The notes beneath the pieces were generated by a model. That model saw only the letters and a program-made list of their open reading frames with translations. It was not told where the DNA came from and ran no database searches. Positions 21,414-31,773 of a stretch of 64,000 bases of DNA are shown here, piece after piece; position 1 is the first letter of the stretch, and each line of letters opens with the position of its first letter. The position numbers and the translations under genes are program-made. Source of the DNA: an uncultured delta proteobacterium (GTDB lineage: Bacteria; Desulfobacterota; Binatia; Binatales; Binataceae); NCBI GenBank assembly GCA_963788205.1, contig CAWBGG010000002.1, forward strand, positions 193,988 through 257,987. The letters run 5' to 3'.

Positions 21414-23162
21414 TCACTTGACGATAATACTGAACGCCAGCCGGCCGTCCGGGTAACGCACCGTGATGGCCGCCGGAGCGGGCAACACCTCGATTCCCGG
21501 ATAGACAAAAATTCCGTGCTTCAATTTGCCGTAGGCGAATTGCGGATCGAGAAAAGCGTAGTGATCAAAAGCGGCCACCGGAGCCGAAAGACCGGCGCGG
21601 CGGTAATAGACCGGTTGCCGTTGAAACCTGGACGGCGGATAGGGCCCGAAGAATAGCAAGTAGATATAGGGCTCGAGCACCTTGTCGGTTACCACCACGC
21701 TTTCGCGGCCGTCCCACAGCCGCGCGATATCACCCGCAACTTCCTCCATTCCATATTGGAAGTACGGCGCCGCGATTACCGGATAGTCAACAAAGTATGA
21801 TCGGACGAACCGGGCAGCATGGAAGATCGTTCCCGCGGCGAGCAATGCGGCTGCGGCAATAGCAAGTCCCGGAACGCGCCGGGTCAGTTCGAGCATCACC
21901 ACGAAGCCCAGTGCGGAAAGCAGCAGCCACGGCGCCAGCGCCATCAGGTCATGCCGCGAATCCGGATGCGACAGCAAGAGCGCAGGCGTGAGGGGCACGT
22001 TGTGCACCGGGTAGGTGAGCAGAACCCATGGCGTCGGATGTTCGCGCGGCTCGGGCGACCAGGCGCCCAACGGCAGGGTCAGAGCCGCCGGCACGGTGGC
22101 GATCACCAGCCATCCGAGCAACAGCAGCGCAAGTTTGCGGTGGCGCGGGATAATCAGAGCGAGCGCCGCAAACGCGATCAGGATGGCCTGCTCGGGGAGC
22201 AACTCGCCGAAACCCGGCGGATGGACAAGCGTGGCGTGGTCACCACGATCGCCGGTCAGGAAGAGAAAAGAGGGGGTGAAGTAGGATAGCCAGTTGGCGG
22301 CGAAATTTACCAGACGATATAGCAATGAACTATTGGCCGTTCCCGGTCCGCCTGGACATTCCGGACAATTCTTCATGAAATCAAACAGGTACAGAATATG
22401 GAATCGGGCCTGCAGTTCGGGATGGCGCAAAATAAGCACAGCCTGCGGTACCGCCATCAACGCAACCAGTCCAAGCGCGATAGCTGCATTGCGCCAGGCG
22501 GGCTTGAGCTCGCGCCAATAGAACGCCGCCAGCAAACCGATCATCAGGGGCGTGAACGCCCCGGTAACTGCGTAGGCATAGAGCGATAAGCCAAAACAGC
22601 CGCCGCTCAGGATGAGCCATTGCGGGTTGCGCCATCTGAGCCAGAGGAAAAAGCACATCACGGCGAGGCTGATCGTCGCCCAAGCCGTGGTGGTCTCGAT
22701 TCCATAACGGCTGAGTTCGAGATGCCAGGGCGAAAGTGCGCCCAGCACCGCAACCGCGGCGGCGCCCGGCCATCCCAGCATCAGGCCGGCAGTGACCGTG
22801 ATCGCCGCAAGGTCAACGCTTCCCCACAGCGCCGCGCCCAGCCGGACCACTCCCACCTTTAGCCCGAACAGTCCCACCAGCGGCACCAGCGAATAGTCAA
22901 ACAGCGGCGCCCGGTAATCGTTGAAGCCCTGCATCGCTATAGGCAGAAAATTACCATGATGGTCGCGGCCGGTAGTCAGGATTGAGTAGGCGTCATAGCC
23001 TTCGCAGGCCTCGTCCTGGTGAAATCCAGCGGGCACGTCGTGAAGCCGGACTACCCGCAGAACCACGCCGGTTGCCAGTGCCAGCGCAATCACCACCGCC
23101 GACAGGGACCTGGCTATTGAGCGCGATCCCTGCCTGGCACGCGGCTGGGCGGTTGGGTCCAT
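21414..23162 (-). CDS. GT39/PMT-like (ArnT-like) GT-C glycosyltransferase
   Basis: 582 aa. First loop AGFHQDEACEGYDAYSI (DE motif of GT-C enzymes) after an N-terminal TM; ~12 TM helices. The C-terminal ...VYPGIEVLPAPAAITVRYPDGRLAFSIIVK block is shared with the 62782-64000 paralog. Confidence 0.7.
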   Translation of the reverse strand: MDPTAQPRARQGSRSIARSLSAVVIALALATGVVLRVVRLHDVPAGFHQDEACEGYDAYSILTTGRDHHGNFLPIAMQGFNDYRAPLFDYSLVPLVGLFGLKVGVVRLGAALWGSVDLAAITVTAGLMLGWPGAAAVAVLGALSPWHLELSRYGIETTTAWATISLAVMCFFLWLRWRNPQWLILSGGCFGLSLYAYAVTGAFTPLMIGLLAAFYWRELKPAWRNAAIALGLVALMAVPQAVLILRHPELQARFHILYLFDFMKNCPECPGGPGTANSSLLYRLVNFAANWLSYFTPSFLFLTGDRGDHATLVHPPGFGELLPEQAILIAFAALALIIPRHRKLALLLLGWLVIATVPAALTLPLGAWSPEPREHPTPWVLLTYPVHNVPLTPALLLSHPDSRHDLMALAPWLLLSALGFVVMLELTRRVPGLAIAAAALLAAGTIFHAARFVRSYFVDYPVIAAPYFQYGMEEVAGDIARLWDGRESVVVTDKVLEPYIYLLFFGPYPPSRFQRQPVYYRRAGLSAPVAAFDHYAFLDPQFAYGKLKHGIFVYPGIEVLPAPAAITVRYPDGRLAFSIIVK

Positions 23163-23166
23163 CGCG

Positions 23167-25467
23167 TCAGAGAGACCGGTTTCGCCGGCGGAGCGCGATA
23201 AAGATTCCGAGGGCGAGCAGATATGACATCAGTGCTGCGAGCGAGATCCAGCGTCCGAGGATCCATCCGGGCGGAGCGTATTCCAGCCGCATCAGATGAT
23301 GGCCGGCGGCCATCGGCACCGCCATCAGCGCACAGTCAGCCGGCATCACTTGATACTCGTGCTGACTGCTGCCCGGCAGCGGTACGGCCTGCCAGTAGCG
23401 GCTGTATGAGTCGGTGATCAGCAGCAGCATCGGCCGCGGAAGGTCGGCCGCGATCGTGAGCGAATCGTTGTCGGCGGCTTCAAGCCGCGCCACGCCCGGC
23501 TCGATACCCGGGACCGGCTCGGGTGTGGGGGCGCTTTCGAGCACGACGGTTCTGGTTGGATCAAAGGAAGGTGCGCTGAGCGCGTCGAGAATCTCATGGT
23601 GATTCTCGATCCGGTTCCAGCGATCAACTAGCTGCAAGTGAGGGAGCGATCCCTCGATCTTCAAGACCTTGTAGCGTCTGGCTTCGGGCGTGAACACGAG
23701 ACCCAGGCGCAGCAGCCGGAACAGCGGTGTCTTGATGTTCCGCAGCGGCATCAGAGTGGGATCGTCGGGGTCGGCGTTCTGCGAGAAACCGACCAGCTCC
23801 TCATAACGGTGCATCACGACCGGATCGTAGCCCCAGATGTCGTTTGCGCCAATCATGATTGCGCTGTTGCCGAGGCCGAGGGTTCGATAGTCGCCAGGAT
23901 GGGCGTCCAGGTACTGGCGCACTACGGCCGTGGTCGGCGTCGCGATCGAAAACGTGGTCACGACCGAGCGCGCGAAGGTGAGCATCTCGGCGATACCGAA
24001 AGCGACCATTATGTAGGCGGCATAGGGCCGGTACGTGCGGATAAAAAACAACGCCGCCAGGACCAGCAGGATCCCGCCGGCGATCAGGCACTGAGACCCC
24101 GCGAGGCGCCGCGCCACCAGGTTGAAGCCCGCGTGCGTATAGTCGTCGGCAGGGATGTACGATTCGCCGGACTGCGCGATCATGTTGACGAGCGCGTTCC
24201 ACATCGTCAGCGCGCCACCGGATCGCATCCAGACTCCGAGTCCGGCGAGCAGTGCGGCCGTCACCAGCGCAGCAGCCGCGGCGAATCGAGATCCCCGCGG
24301 GGATCGCAGCAGGGCATCCGCTCCGAAGGCGGCCAGCATCGCGAGGAACAGCAGCGCCTCGAAGCTGAACCTCGCCAGCGACCTGAAGTAGCTGAACCCG
24401 GGCACATAGCGATAGAGCAGCCAGAAGAGCGGGGTGTGCTTGCCCAGCGCGATCCACAGCAGGACCAGGGCCGTCACCGCCCAGATCCGTTTGTAGGGAA
24501 ATTCCGACAGCAAGGCGAACAGAGCCATCGCGAGTCCGGTAAGCCCGAAGAAGGGCCACAGATCCCACAGGAACCATCTTCCCCAATACGGATAGCCGCG
24601 CAGAGTGCCGAAGAAGTCCGGGACCAGCATCGTGATCAGATTTTCGGGCGGAAGGGAAAAACTCGCCGCGAACGCGAGCCTTGCGCCGCCACCGCGCGTG
24701 CCCTCGGCCGCGGTCTCCCATCCGCTCCACAGTTGCACCGTGACGATCAGAAGTGAGGCGATACCGACCCCGGCGAGGCAGAGCACGGTAGCGCTGCGGC
24801 GCGGGGCCTTGATCAGGCGCATCGCGCCGTACAGGCCGCAGGCCGCGACGGTCTTGAATACCACCAGCGGATGGCCGGCAAGGAATTGCATCGCGAAGGC
24901 AAAGATACCGATCAGGACCCAGCGCGCGTCCGGCGCGTCGATAAGATTGTCGACGGTGAGAAGGATCAATGGAGCCCAGGCCATCGCGTCCAGCTCCGCG
25001 AGATGTCCCGCGAAGGTCTGGGGAAACACCGGACCGCCGAACATCACCAGTGAACAGGCAAACAGGATGGCGAGCGGATGCAATTGGTAGTGGCGCAGCC
25101 ACAGCGCCATGAAGAATCCCAGCATGACGACATGCAAAACGATTTCGCAGTTGAGCGCCCTCGCCAGCGGCAGGATCAGGTAAATCCAGTTGGGCGGGTA
25201 GAACAGCGCCGACTGAAACGCGCCCATAAACGGAGCGCCGCTGAAGACGTGCGGGTTCCACAGCGCGACGTGTCCGCGCCCCAACTGGTCAAATCCGAAT
25301 TGACGCCAGTAGATGAATTGGCCCGTGATGTCGGTGTCGGCCGCGGACAGGACCCGATCGCCGGGTCCAAACAGCACGCGCCCGAAAATCGCCAGCACCA
25401 TCGCGAGCAGGGCAAGCGGGATGTAGAGCGGAAAATCCAACCGAAGCGCTGCGCTTTTCCGGTTCAC
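23167..25467 (-). CDS. YfhO-family membrane protein (putative lipid-linked-sugar glycosyltransferase)
   Basis: 766 aa, >12 TM helices. N-terminal loop DTDITGQFIYWRQFGFDQLGRGHVALWNPHVFSGAPFMG matches the LWNP-x-x-F-x-G-x-PF signature of YfhO proteins. Separated by only 4 nt from the downstream GT39 gene. Confidence 0.6.
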   Translation of the reverse strand: MNRKSAALRLDFPLYIPLALLAMVLAIFGRVLFGPGDRVLSAADTDITGQFIYWRQFGFDQLGRGHVALWNPHVFSGAPFMGAFQSALFYPPNWIYLILPLARALNCEIVLHVVMLGFFMALWLRHYQLHPLAILFACSLVMFGGPVFPQTFAGHLAELDAMAWAPLILLTVDNLIDAPDARWVLIGIFAFAMQFLAGHPLVVFKTVAACGLYGAMRLIKAPRRSATVLCLAGVGIASLLIVTVQLWSGWETAAEGTRGGGARLAFAASFSLPPENLITMLVPDFFGTLRGYPYWGRWFLWDLWPFFGLTGLAMALFALLSEFPYKRIWAVTALVLLWIALGKHTPLFWLLYRYVPGFSYFRSLARFSFEALLFLAMLAAFGADALLRSPRGSRFAAAAALVTAALLAGLGVWMRSGGALTMWNALVNMIAQSGESYIPADDYTHAGFNLVARRLAGSQCLIAGGILLVLAALFFIRTYRPYAAYIMVAFGIAEMLTFARSVVTTFSIATPTTAVVRQYLDAHPGDYRTLGLGNSAIMIGANDIWGYDPVVMHRYEELVGFSQNADPDDPTLMPLRNIKTPLFRLLRLGLVFTPEARRYKVLKIEGSLPHLQLVDRWNRIENHHEILDALSAPSFDPTRTVVLESAPTPEPVPGIEPGVARLEAADNDSLTIAADLPRPMLLLITDSYSRYWQAVPLPGSSQHEYQVMPADCALMAVPMAAGHHLMRLEYAPPGWILGRWISLAALMSYLLALGIFIALRRRNRSL

Positions 25468-25509
25468 TTCAAGGCCCGACTGCGGTGCTGGATAGTTGGC
25501 GATGGGCGG

Positions 25510-27528
25510 CTAATGTGGTGTCTGGGCCGCCATTTTGCGATTGATCTTGTCGAGCAGGGCGCGCCCGTTGGGGTCGTTGGGCGAGACCGCCAGCACCGCG
25601 CGGCATTGGTCGAGCGCCTCACCGTCGCGATCCATCCTGAGCAGCACCGCGGCGCTGAGCAGGCGCGTGAAGGAGTCGCGAGGCGCGAGCGCGAGCGCAC
25701 GATCATAGTCGGAGAGCGCCTCTTCATTGCGCCCCATTCGTGCCGCGACCAGGCCCATCATGGTAAAGACGCGCGAGTCGTTCGGCACGCGATTGGCCAG
25801 TTCGTGCAGGACCGAGTCGGCGCCGGCGAGGTCGCCGTGATTGAACTTCGATTGGGCCCGAGCGAGCGCGGCGGCTTCGGCTCCGCCCGGCATCGACTCG
25901 GCACGGCTCAATGCGGCCTCGCTCGCCGCCTGGTCGCCGCTGCGATCGTAGAGTTGCGCCGCCCCGATGTAAGCGTCGGCCGGCGCCTCGGGCCATCGCT
26001 TCAGCCCCTCCATCTCTTCGTCAGCGGCTTGCTTCGTGCGGCCGAGCTTGGCGTGCACGACGCCCAGGTCGTAGAGTACGACGCTTTGGGGATCGCGGCG
26101 CGCGACCTCGCTGAATTCGCGCTCGGCCGCGGCGAAATCACCGCGCCGCTCGAACACCTGGCCGAGCCCGTAATGCCAGTTGTTTTGCTCGGGGGCGATC
26201 TCGATCAACCGAGTGTAATAGGCCACGTCGTCGTGCCAGAAGCGCTGCACGTTCCACAGCGCGGCCGCGTAGAGCGCAATCATTGCGGCGCCGGCGACCG
26301 CTACCAGGTTCGCGCGCGCGGGCGCCAGCGCCAGCACGCATCGTATCGCCAGATCGGCCAGCATCACGCACCACGGCGCCGAGACCAGAAAGAGGTAACG
26401 ATCCTGGAGTAGCGCGCCGGGGAAAATGGGCCGGATGTTCATCGCGGGCGCGATCGCGATCAGCATCCAGGCCAGCGCGAACAGATAGAGCCGGCCGCGC
26501 CGGTCATGGCGCAGAGTCACGAACAGGCCGGCCGCCAGCAGCACCAGTGCCGCGAGCGGCAGGTAAAATTGCGCCGAGGCCGCAGTGGTGACGATCGCAA
26601 ATCGATGCGCCGGAGCCGCCAGCCACGGCATCACCAGCAAACCCAGGTATCCGCACAGCAGCGCCGGCATCGTCATCAGGGCCTGCATCCAGGTGGTCTT
26701 GATCCCGGGCAGCGGCCCGTTGAGCACGAACCCGAGCACAACTCGCCGCGCGATCAGATACAGCAACAGGACCGCGGCGAACGGGGCGACACTGAGCAGA
26801 GTCTCGCGCACCCGGCGCGGCAGGTCTTGTGAGATGAAGCCGGCAGTCGGCTGTTCCCGATCATGTGGTCCGCCCAGCACGAAGGCGTAAGCTCCGATCA
26901 CCGCGGGAAACGTCATCGCGCTTTCGTGCGTCAGCAGCGCGCCGGCGTACAGCAGCAGCGAGGCGGTCCAGTAAAGTCGCCGCTTGGATTCGGCGCGGCC
27001 GATAAAAAGATAAAACGCACCCAGCTCGAAGGCTGCGCATAGCAGCTCGCAGATGCCGGCGATCCACGCTACCGCCTCGGCGTGAAGCGGCATCAGGCCG
27101 AAGAGCAATGCGCCGAGCGTGGCCGCACGCCAATCGTCAGCCAGGCGGAGCGCAATCCGGTACACCAGCCAGACCACGAGCAGGTACAACGCGAGCATCG
27201 TCACATGCCACGCGACCGGGTTGAGGCCAAACGCCTGATAGTGGAGTCCGAGCCAGATGTCCTGCAGCGGGCGGTAGTATGAAGTCTGCGGCAGGTGCGC
27301 GGGATCGAGGTACCAGAATTCGTCGTAGATTATCGACTTCCAGAGAAATGACCAGTGCGTGAGATAGGCATTTCTCACGATCATGCGGTTGTCGTCGTGG
27401 ACGAAACCGCCGGCGAGCGACCTCAGGTAGGCGAGCAGGACGGCCAGCAACACGCCGGCCATGACGAGCCGCTCGCGACGCGCGTTGGGATGGTCGATAG
27501 CGGCGCCGGCAGATTCGGTATTGTGCAT
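25510..27528 (-). CDS. TMTC-like membrane protein (DUF1736 + TPR), paralog 3
   Basis: 672 aa. ...LLAYLRSLAGGFVHDDNRMIVRN...WSFLWKS...YRPL...LGLHYQAFGLNPVAWHVTML...LLTHESAMTFPAVIGAYAFV..., then C-terminal TPR repeats (WHYGLGQVFERRGDFAAAEREFSEV...). Confidence 0.75.
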   Translation of the reverse strand: MHNTESAGAAIDHPNARRERLVMAGVLLAVLLAYLRSLAGGFVHDDNRMIVRNAYLTHWSFLWKSIIYDEFWYLDPAHLPQTSYYRPLQDIWLGLHYQAFGLNPVAWHVTMLALYLLVVWLVYRIALRLADDWRAATLGALLFGLMPLHAEAVAWIAGICELLCAAFELGAFYLFIGRAESKRRLYWTASLLLYAGALLTHESAMTFPAVIGAYAFVLGGPHDREQPTAGFISQDLPRRVRETLLSVAPFAAVLLLYLIARRVVLGFVLNGPLPGIKTTWMQALMTMPALLCGYLGLLVMPWLAAPAHRFAIVTTAASAQFYLPLAALVLLAAGLFVTLRHDRRGRLYLFALAWMLIAIAPAMNIRPIFPGALLQDRYLFLVSAPWCVMLADLAIRCVLALAPARANLVAVAGAAMIALYAAALWNVQRFWHDDVAYYTRLIEIAPEQNNWHYGLGQVFERRGDFAAAEREFSEVARRDPQSVVLYDLGVVHAKLGRTKQAADEEMEGLKRWPEAPADAYIGAAQLYDRSGDQAASEAALSRAESMPGGAEAAALARAQSKFNHGDLAGADSVLHELANRVPNDSRVFTMMGLVAARMGRNEEALSDYDRALALAPRDSFTRLLSAAVLLRMDRDGEALDQCRAVLAVSPNDPNGRALLDKINRKMAAQTPH

Positions 27529-27878
27529 CGCGTAGGCGTTGCCGCGGCCGCTTGCGTGACTCCATTCGCCGTCAGCGCCTGAGCAGTACGGGAGCCCTAA
27601 TTATCAGCGCTGCACGCCAGTGGCAATCCACTCCTGCCGGGCTCGTCGCATCGAATTGTTGACACTGCCGAGCCCACGTGGGAGGGAGATGCAATGCGAT
27701 TCGCAGGCCGGAATTTCGCCGCTTTGCTGCCCTGTATAGTCTGCCGCCATGTTGACGCCTCCATGGCGGCCAGTTCGCGCTGATGCCGGTTCTCTACGTA
27801 ACCGCGTAACCGCCAGCGGCGCGCTTTTGGATTTCGGAGCGAACAACCGGATGCGCTTTGTTGCAGACCCGTCACTGA

Positions 27879-30242
27879 ATGCGCGCACCGCGCACTTTTG
27901 CGCCCAGAGGCCGCGAGTGCGCGAGCCGGGCCAAGGGCTGGACGGTTAGCTCGATGGCCATGCTTGCCGGATCGCGCTGGAAGAGCCGCGAGAGTCTGCT
28001 GCTGGCGGCAGTGCTGATAGTCACCGCAATGCTGTGCTCAGGCGGCCTCGGCAGCGGCTTTCCGTTCGACGACGAGGCGCTGATTGTCCATAACGTCGCG
28101 CTTTCCGACTGGTTTTTTCCGTTGAAGGCGCTGACTCACGAGGAGTTCTGGTTCAGCAATGCCGGCTATTTTCCGCACTCGCGAAACTATCGCCCGTTGC
28201 TGCTCATCTGGTTCTGGCTTGACTACCATTTGTTCGGCCTCCACGCGCCGTTCTGGCATGCCTCGGTCCTCGCGATTCATCTGCTGGCGGTCTGGCTGGT
28301 GTTCCGGATCGCACTCGAGCTCGCGGAGGACTCGAATTCTGCGCTCCTTGCCGCATTGCTGTTTGGGATAATTCCCGTTCACGCGGAGGCGCTGTGCTGG
28401 ATGGCCAACGCCGGGTTGGTGATCGGCGCCACGCTGGAGCTGGCGGCCTTTTATCTGGTCATGAAGTCCCGGCGCGACGCGCGCATGATGGTGCTCGCGG
28501 CGGCGCTCTATGCGCCCGCGCTGCTGTGTCACGAAAGCGTGGCGGTCTTTCCCGCGCTGGTGGCGCTGTATGCGTTTCTGTTCGGAACCTCGCGCGTTGA
28601 CGCGCCCTCCGAATCGGCGCGAGAACCGGCCCTGGCCGGCGTGCGTCGCGCTGTGGCTTGGGCCGCGCCGTTTGCGATCGAGGTGCTGGGGTACCTGTTT
28701 GTAAGATGGCTGGTGCTTGGGTTCGCGATCAGGGCATCCGCTGAGCCGTGCAACCTGCTTACCCCGACGCAGGATGTGATGACCGTGCCGGTGGTGTTCA
28801 CGACCTATCTCACGCTGCTCGCGGCTCCCTGGCTGGCCCTGCCGAATCACCCGGTGTTTCCGGTCTCGAGCGCGCGGTCGCCGCACTTCTGGATACCCGT
28901 GGCTGCGATGGCCGCGCTTGGCGCAGCCCTGGTTCTGGTCTGGCAACGAAGCGCCAGGCGGAAATTTTACCTGTTCTGCGCAGCCTGGGTGGCAATCTCG
29001 CTGGCCCCGATGATGGTGCTGTCCGCGCTCTATACTCTCGTCCAGGATACCTATCTTTACCTACCATCGGTAGGATGGTGCGTACTGGCTGGAGATCTGG
29101 CGACGCGCTTTCCCAGCCGGAGCCTTTTGGTCCGGCGCTTGGCGCTGGGCGCCGCGGCGGCGCTGCTGGTCGTTTGCGCCGCAACCTTATGGAGAGTAGA
29201 GCACTTCTGGCGTGACGAGCTGACGATGGCCCACGGGTACGTTGAGGGGTTTCCCGAATCGGTATTGTGGCATTTCAATCTGGCGCGATTTCTCGAACTG
29301 AACGGCGACTTCCCGCAGGCTGAGCGCGAGATCAGGACCGCGCTGAGCCTCGAACCGGACCGGACCGGCATACTTCATGCCGACTCGGAAACGCTATATC
29401 TGGCCCTCGGAGGACTTCTGGCCAAGCGCGGCGAGATCGACGGCGCCGTGGGCGCGTTCAGCCAGGGGCGCATGGCAGAAAGTCCCATCGCGCCACCCGC
29501 GCCTGCCCCGCCCGCGCCCCCGCCTACGGCTGCTGCCCTTGCCGATCACTTCGAGCTCGCCGGCCAATTGCAGGCGCGCGGCGATTTGGCGGGAGCCCGA
29601 CGCGAGCTCGACGCCGACCTTCGTCTCAATCCGGCCGACGGTCGCGCGCTCTATTCCCGCGGCCTTCTCGACGTGCAAATGGGCCACGGCGCCGAGGGTA
29701 CCGCCGAAGTCGAGAAGGCTCTATCGATAACGAACGACGCTCCCGCATCGGCTTATGTCACGCTGGCCGAGATCTACGACCTGCAAGGGGACGATGCGCA
29801 TCGCGAGGAGGTCTTGAAGAAGATCGAATCGATGACCGACGGCGACAGGATCGCGGCCATGGCGCGCGCCAGCGTCATGGCTCGCCGCGGTGACATCGCC
29901 GGCGCGGAGCGCGTCTTGCGTGCTGTGATAGACCGCCATCCGACTGGTGCTGGTTCTATGTGGGTGATGCTGGCGCAGACGCAGGCCAGTGCCAATCAGA
30001 ACCAGGAAGCGCTGGTCTCCCTTGATCATGCGCTGGAGTACAGCCTCTTCAGTCAGGAATCGGTCAAGTCGGGCCTCTACATGCAGATCGCGCAGGTGTT
30101 GCATGCGATGGGCCGCGACCGCGAGGCGCTCGATCAATGCCGGCTGGTGCTGGCTCTGGAGCCCGGCGATCCGACGGCCCAATCGTTGAAGGCTGAACTC
30201 CAGAACAACCTCGCCCTGGCGCCCGGAGCCCGACCGCAATGA
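27879..30242 (+). CDS. TMTC-like membrane protein (DUF1736 + TPR), paralog 4
   Basis: 787 aa (alternative start MAMLAGS near 27954). ...CSGGLGSGFPFDDEALIVHNVAL...YRPLLLIWFWLDYHLFGLHAPFWHASVLAIHLLAVWLVF...LLCHESVAVFPALVALYAFLF... + TPR region. Confidence 0.75.
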   Translation: MRAPRTFAPRGRECASRAKGWTVSSMAMLAGSRWKSRESLLLAAVLIVTAMLCSGGLGSGFPFDDEALIVHNVALSDWFFPLKALTHEEFWFSNAGYFPHSRNYRPLLLIWFWLDYHLFGLHAPFWHASVLAIHLLAVWLVFRIALELAEDSNSALLAALLFGIIPVHAEALCWMANAGLVIGATLELAAFYLVMKSRRDARMMVLAAALYAPALLCHESVAVFPALVALYAFLFGTSRVDAPSESAREPALAGVRRAVAWAAPFAIEVLGYLFVRWLVLGFAIRASAEPCNLLTPTQDVMTVPVVFTTYLTLLAAPWLALPNHPVFPVSSARSPHFWIPVAAMAALGAALVLVWQRSARRKFYLFCAAWVAISLAPMMVLSALYTLVQDTYLYLPSVGWCVLAGDLATRFPSRSLLVRRLALGAAAALLVVCAATLWRVEHFWRDELTMAHGYVEGFPESVLWHFNLARFLELNGDFPQAEREIRTALSLEPDRTGILHADSETLYLALGGLLAKRGEIDGAVGAFSQGRMAESPIAPPAPAPPAPPPTAAALADHFELAGQLQARGDLAGARRELDADLRLNPADGRALYSRGLLDVQMGHGAEGTAEVEKALSITNDAPASAYVTLAEIYDLQGDDAHREEVLKKIESMTDGDRIAAMARASVMARRGDIAGAERVLRAVIDRHPTGAGSMWVMLAQTQASANQNQEALVSLDHALEYSLFSQESVKSGLYMQIAQVLHAMGRDREALDQCRLVLALEPGDPTAQSLKAELQNNLALAPGARPQ

Positions 30243-30290
30243 GCCGGTCGCATCAGAAGGTCGTAACGCCGGAACGCGCGGAGAATTGCG

Positions 30291-31559
30291 CTAGACCGGC
30301 CGCGAGGGAACACGCGTGAAGCGGCGTTTGAGCCTTAGGAACGGCGTCTCCAGCCATCGATACGAAGCCGCGGCGAGGCCGAGCGTCAGCCCGATACTCG
30401 CCGCGAGGTACAGAAGCTGCGATGAGAGCTGATCCCAGCCCCGGTGGAAACAAATCAGGCCCAGCAGCCTGCCGATCGCGATCGCAAATGAGTGATAGAC
30501 ATACAGACCGTAGGAAATCTTGCCCATATAGATCAGCGGCCGGTTCAACAAGATGGCCGGACCGCTTTGCCGCACGCCCAAAGCCGCGATCAGAATAGCG
30601 CCACATCCCAGCGCCACCGCGGGGTAGCTGATCAGAACCTGGATGAGCGTTGACGCCCCCCACGGAAAACCGAAGCGGGAGGTCAGAAGCCAGCTCGCTA
30701 CGCCGGCGGCAAACAGGCCGGCACGCGTCAGCCGGCCCAGATTTGCCAGCGCCTCGCGCGGCATCGTCGCGAGCAGGACTCCGATCGCGATGGGGTCCAG
30801 CCGGGTCAGCGTGTTGAACCAGATCGACATGGTGGGAACGCCCATCCGCCACGATACGATTCGCGCCAGCGTGGCCACCGCGAGCAATCCTATCGCGGCA
30901 CGCACCAACCCTCGCCTCGATGCACGCCGCACGACCAACGGCCAGAACAGGTAGAATTGCTCTTCGACCGAGATGCTCCAGAGCGGGTCGATGACTGAAA
31001 GCGGCTGTCCCAGCAGGGCCATCGCGAAGTTTCCGACCAGCAGAAAGCAGGCGGCCAAATATGCGGCCCGGACCGGGAAGAGCGTCGGCATGACTATCGA
31101 CAGCCCGAGCGCGAAGATCAGAAAGAAGAAATACAGCGGCCAAATTCTCAGCATTCGCCGGACGTAGAAAGCCTTCACGTCGACCGTTCCGGTTCGCGCC
31201 CGCTCTCTGACCAGCAACTCGGTTATCAGGTACGCGCTGAGCACGAAGAACAGATCGACCCCGAACGATCCCGCCAGAAAGTATGCTGCTGTGATCGGAC
31301 TCTCTGGAGCGGCGGGTGATCGCGGGAACGACCGGGAAAGATGAAAGACGAAGACGCTCAGGAACGCGAAACATCGGATGACGTCCAGCTCGGGAAGATA
31401 AAAGCTCTGCCCAGCTTTCGGCAGCGTATCTGCTGCGATTGGAGAGCCCACCGCGAGAGCCCGGCGGGCGGGCTGCGCCGAGGTTTCAACCGCTTTCATG
31501 GTTTCGATCCCTTCGATCCGGGAGTAGTAATCCGGGTGAGCGCTCAATTCTCGCGGCAT
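30291..31559 (-). CDS. acyltransferase family 3 (OafA/OpgC-like membrane O-acyltransferase)
   Basis: 422 aa (alternative start MKAVETS at 31499). FYLPELDVIRCFAFLSVFVFH...GSFGVDLFFVLSAYLITELLVRER...FYVRRMLRIWPLYFF...WSISVEEQFYLFWP...ISYGLYVYH; classic Acyl_transf_3 motifs, ~10 TM. Confidence 0.75.
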   Translation of the reverse strand: MPRELSAHPDYYSRIEGIETMKAVETSAQPARRALAVGSPIAADTLPKAGQSFYLPELDVIRCFAFLSVFVFHLSRSFPRSPAAPESPITAAYFLAGSFGVDLFFVLSAYLITELLVRERARTGTVDVKAFYVRRMLRIWPLYFFFLIFALGLSIVMPTLFPVRAAYLAACFLLVGNFAMALLGQPLSVIDPLWSISVEEQFYLFWPLVVRRASRRGLVRAAIGLLAVATLARIVSWRMGVPTMSIWFNTLTRLDPIAIGVLLATMPREALANLGRLTRAGLFAAGVASWLLTSRFGFPWGASTLIQVLISYPAVALGCGAILIAALGVRQSGPAILLNRPLIYMGKISYGLYVYHSFAIAIGRLLGLICFHRGWDQLSSQLLYLAASIGLTLGLAAASYRWLETPFLRLKRRFTRVPSRPV

Positions 31560-31773
31560 CGGAGCGCGAAAGCGAACCCAATACGTACCGCAATTCCAAC
31601 TTAACGGCTAGGCCGATGGAATTTCCGCCCGCGCACATCGATCAGCGCTGATTCCCTGAATGATCAGGCCGGACCCGATCCGCTTTGCGCGCTTATTGGC
31701 GGATAGCGGAATCCCCGCGCGGTAAATAAAATCGGCTCGCCGTGAATGCATCGCCGGACGGAATTCCTTCCAA

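Noticed and set aside
21000-21414. Intergenic region with cgatcgcgatcgcg simple repeat and several short ORFs
   Set aside because: No protein-like ORF, no tRNA-like or riboswitch-like structure recognisable. The simple CG-rich repeat is too short to call a functional element.
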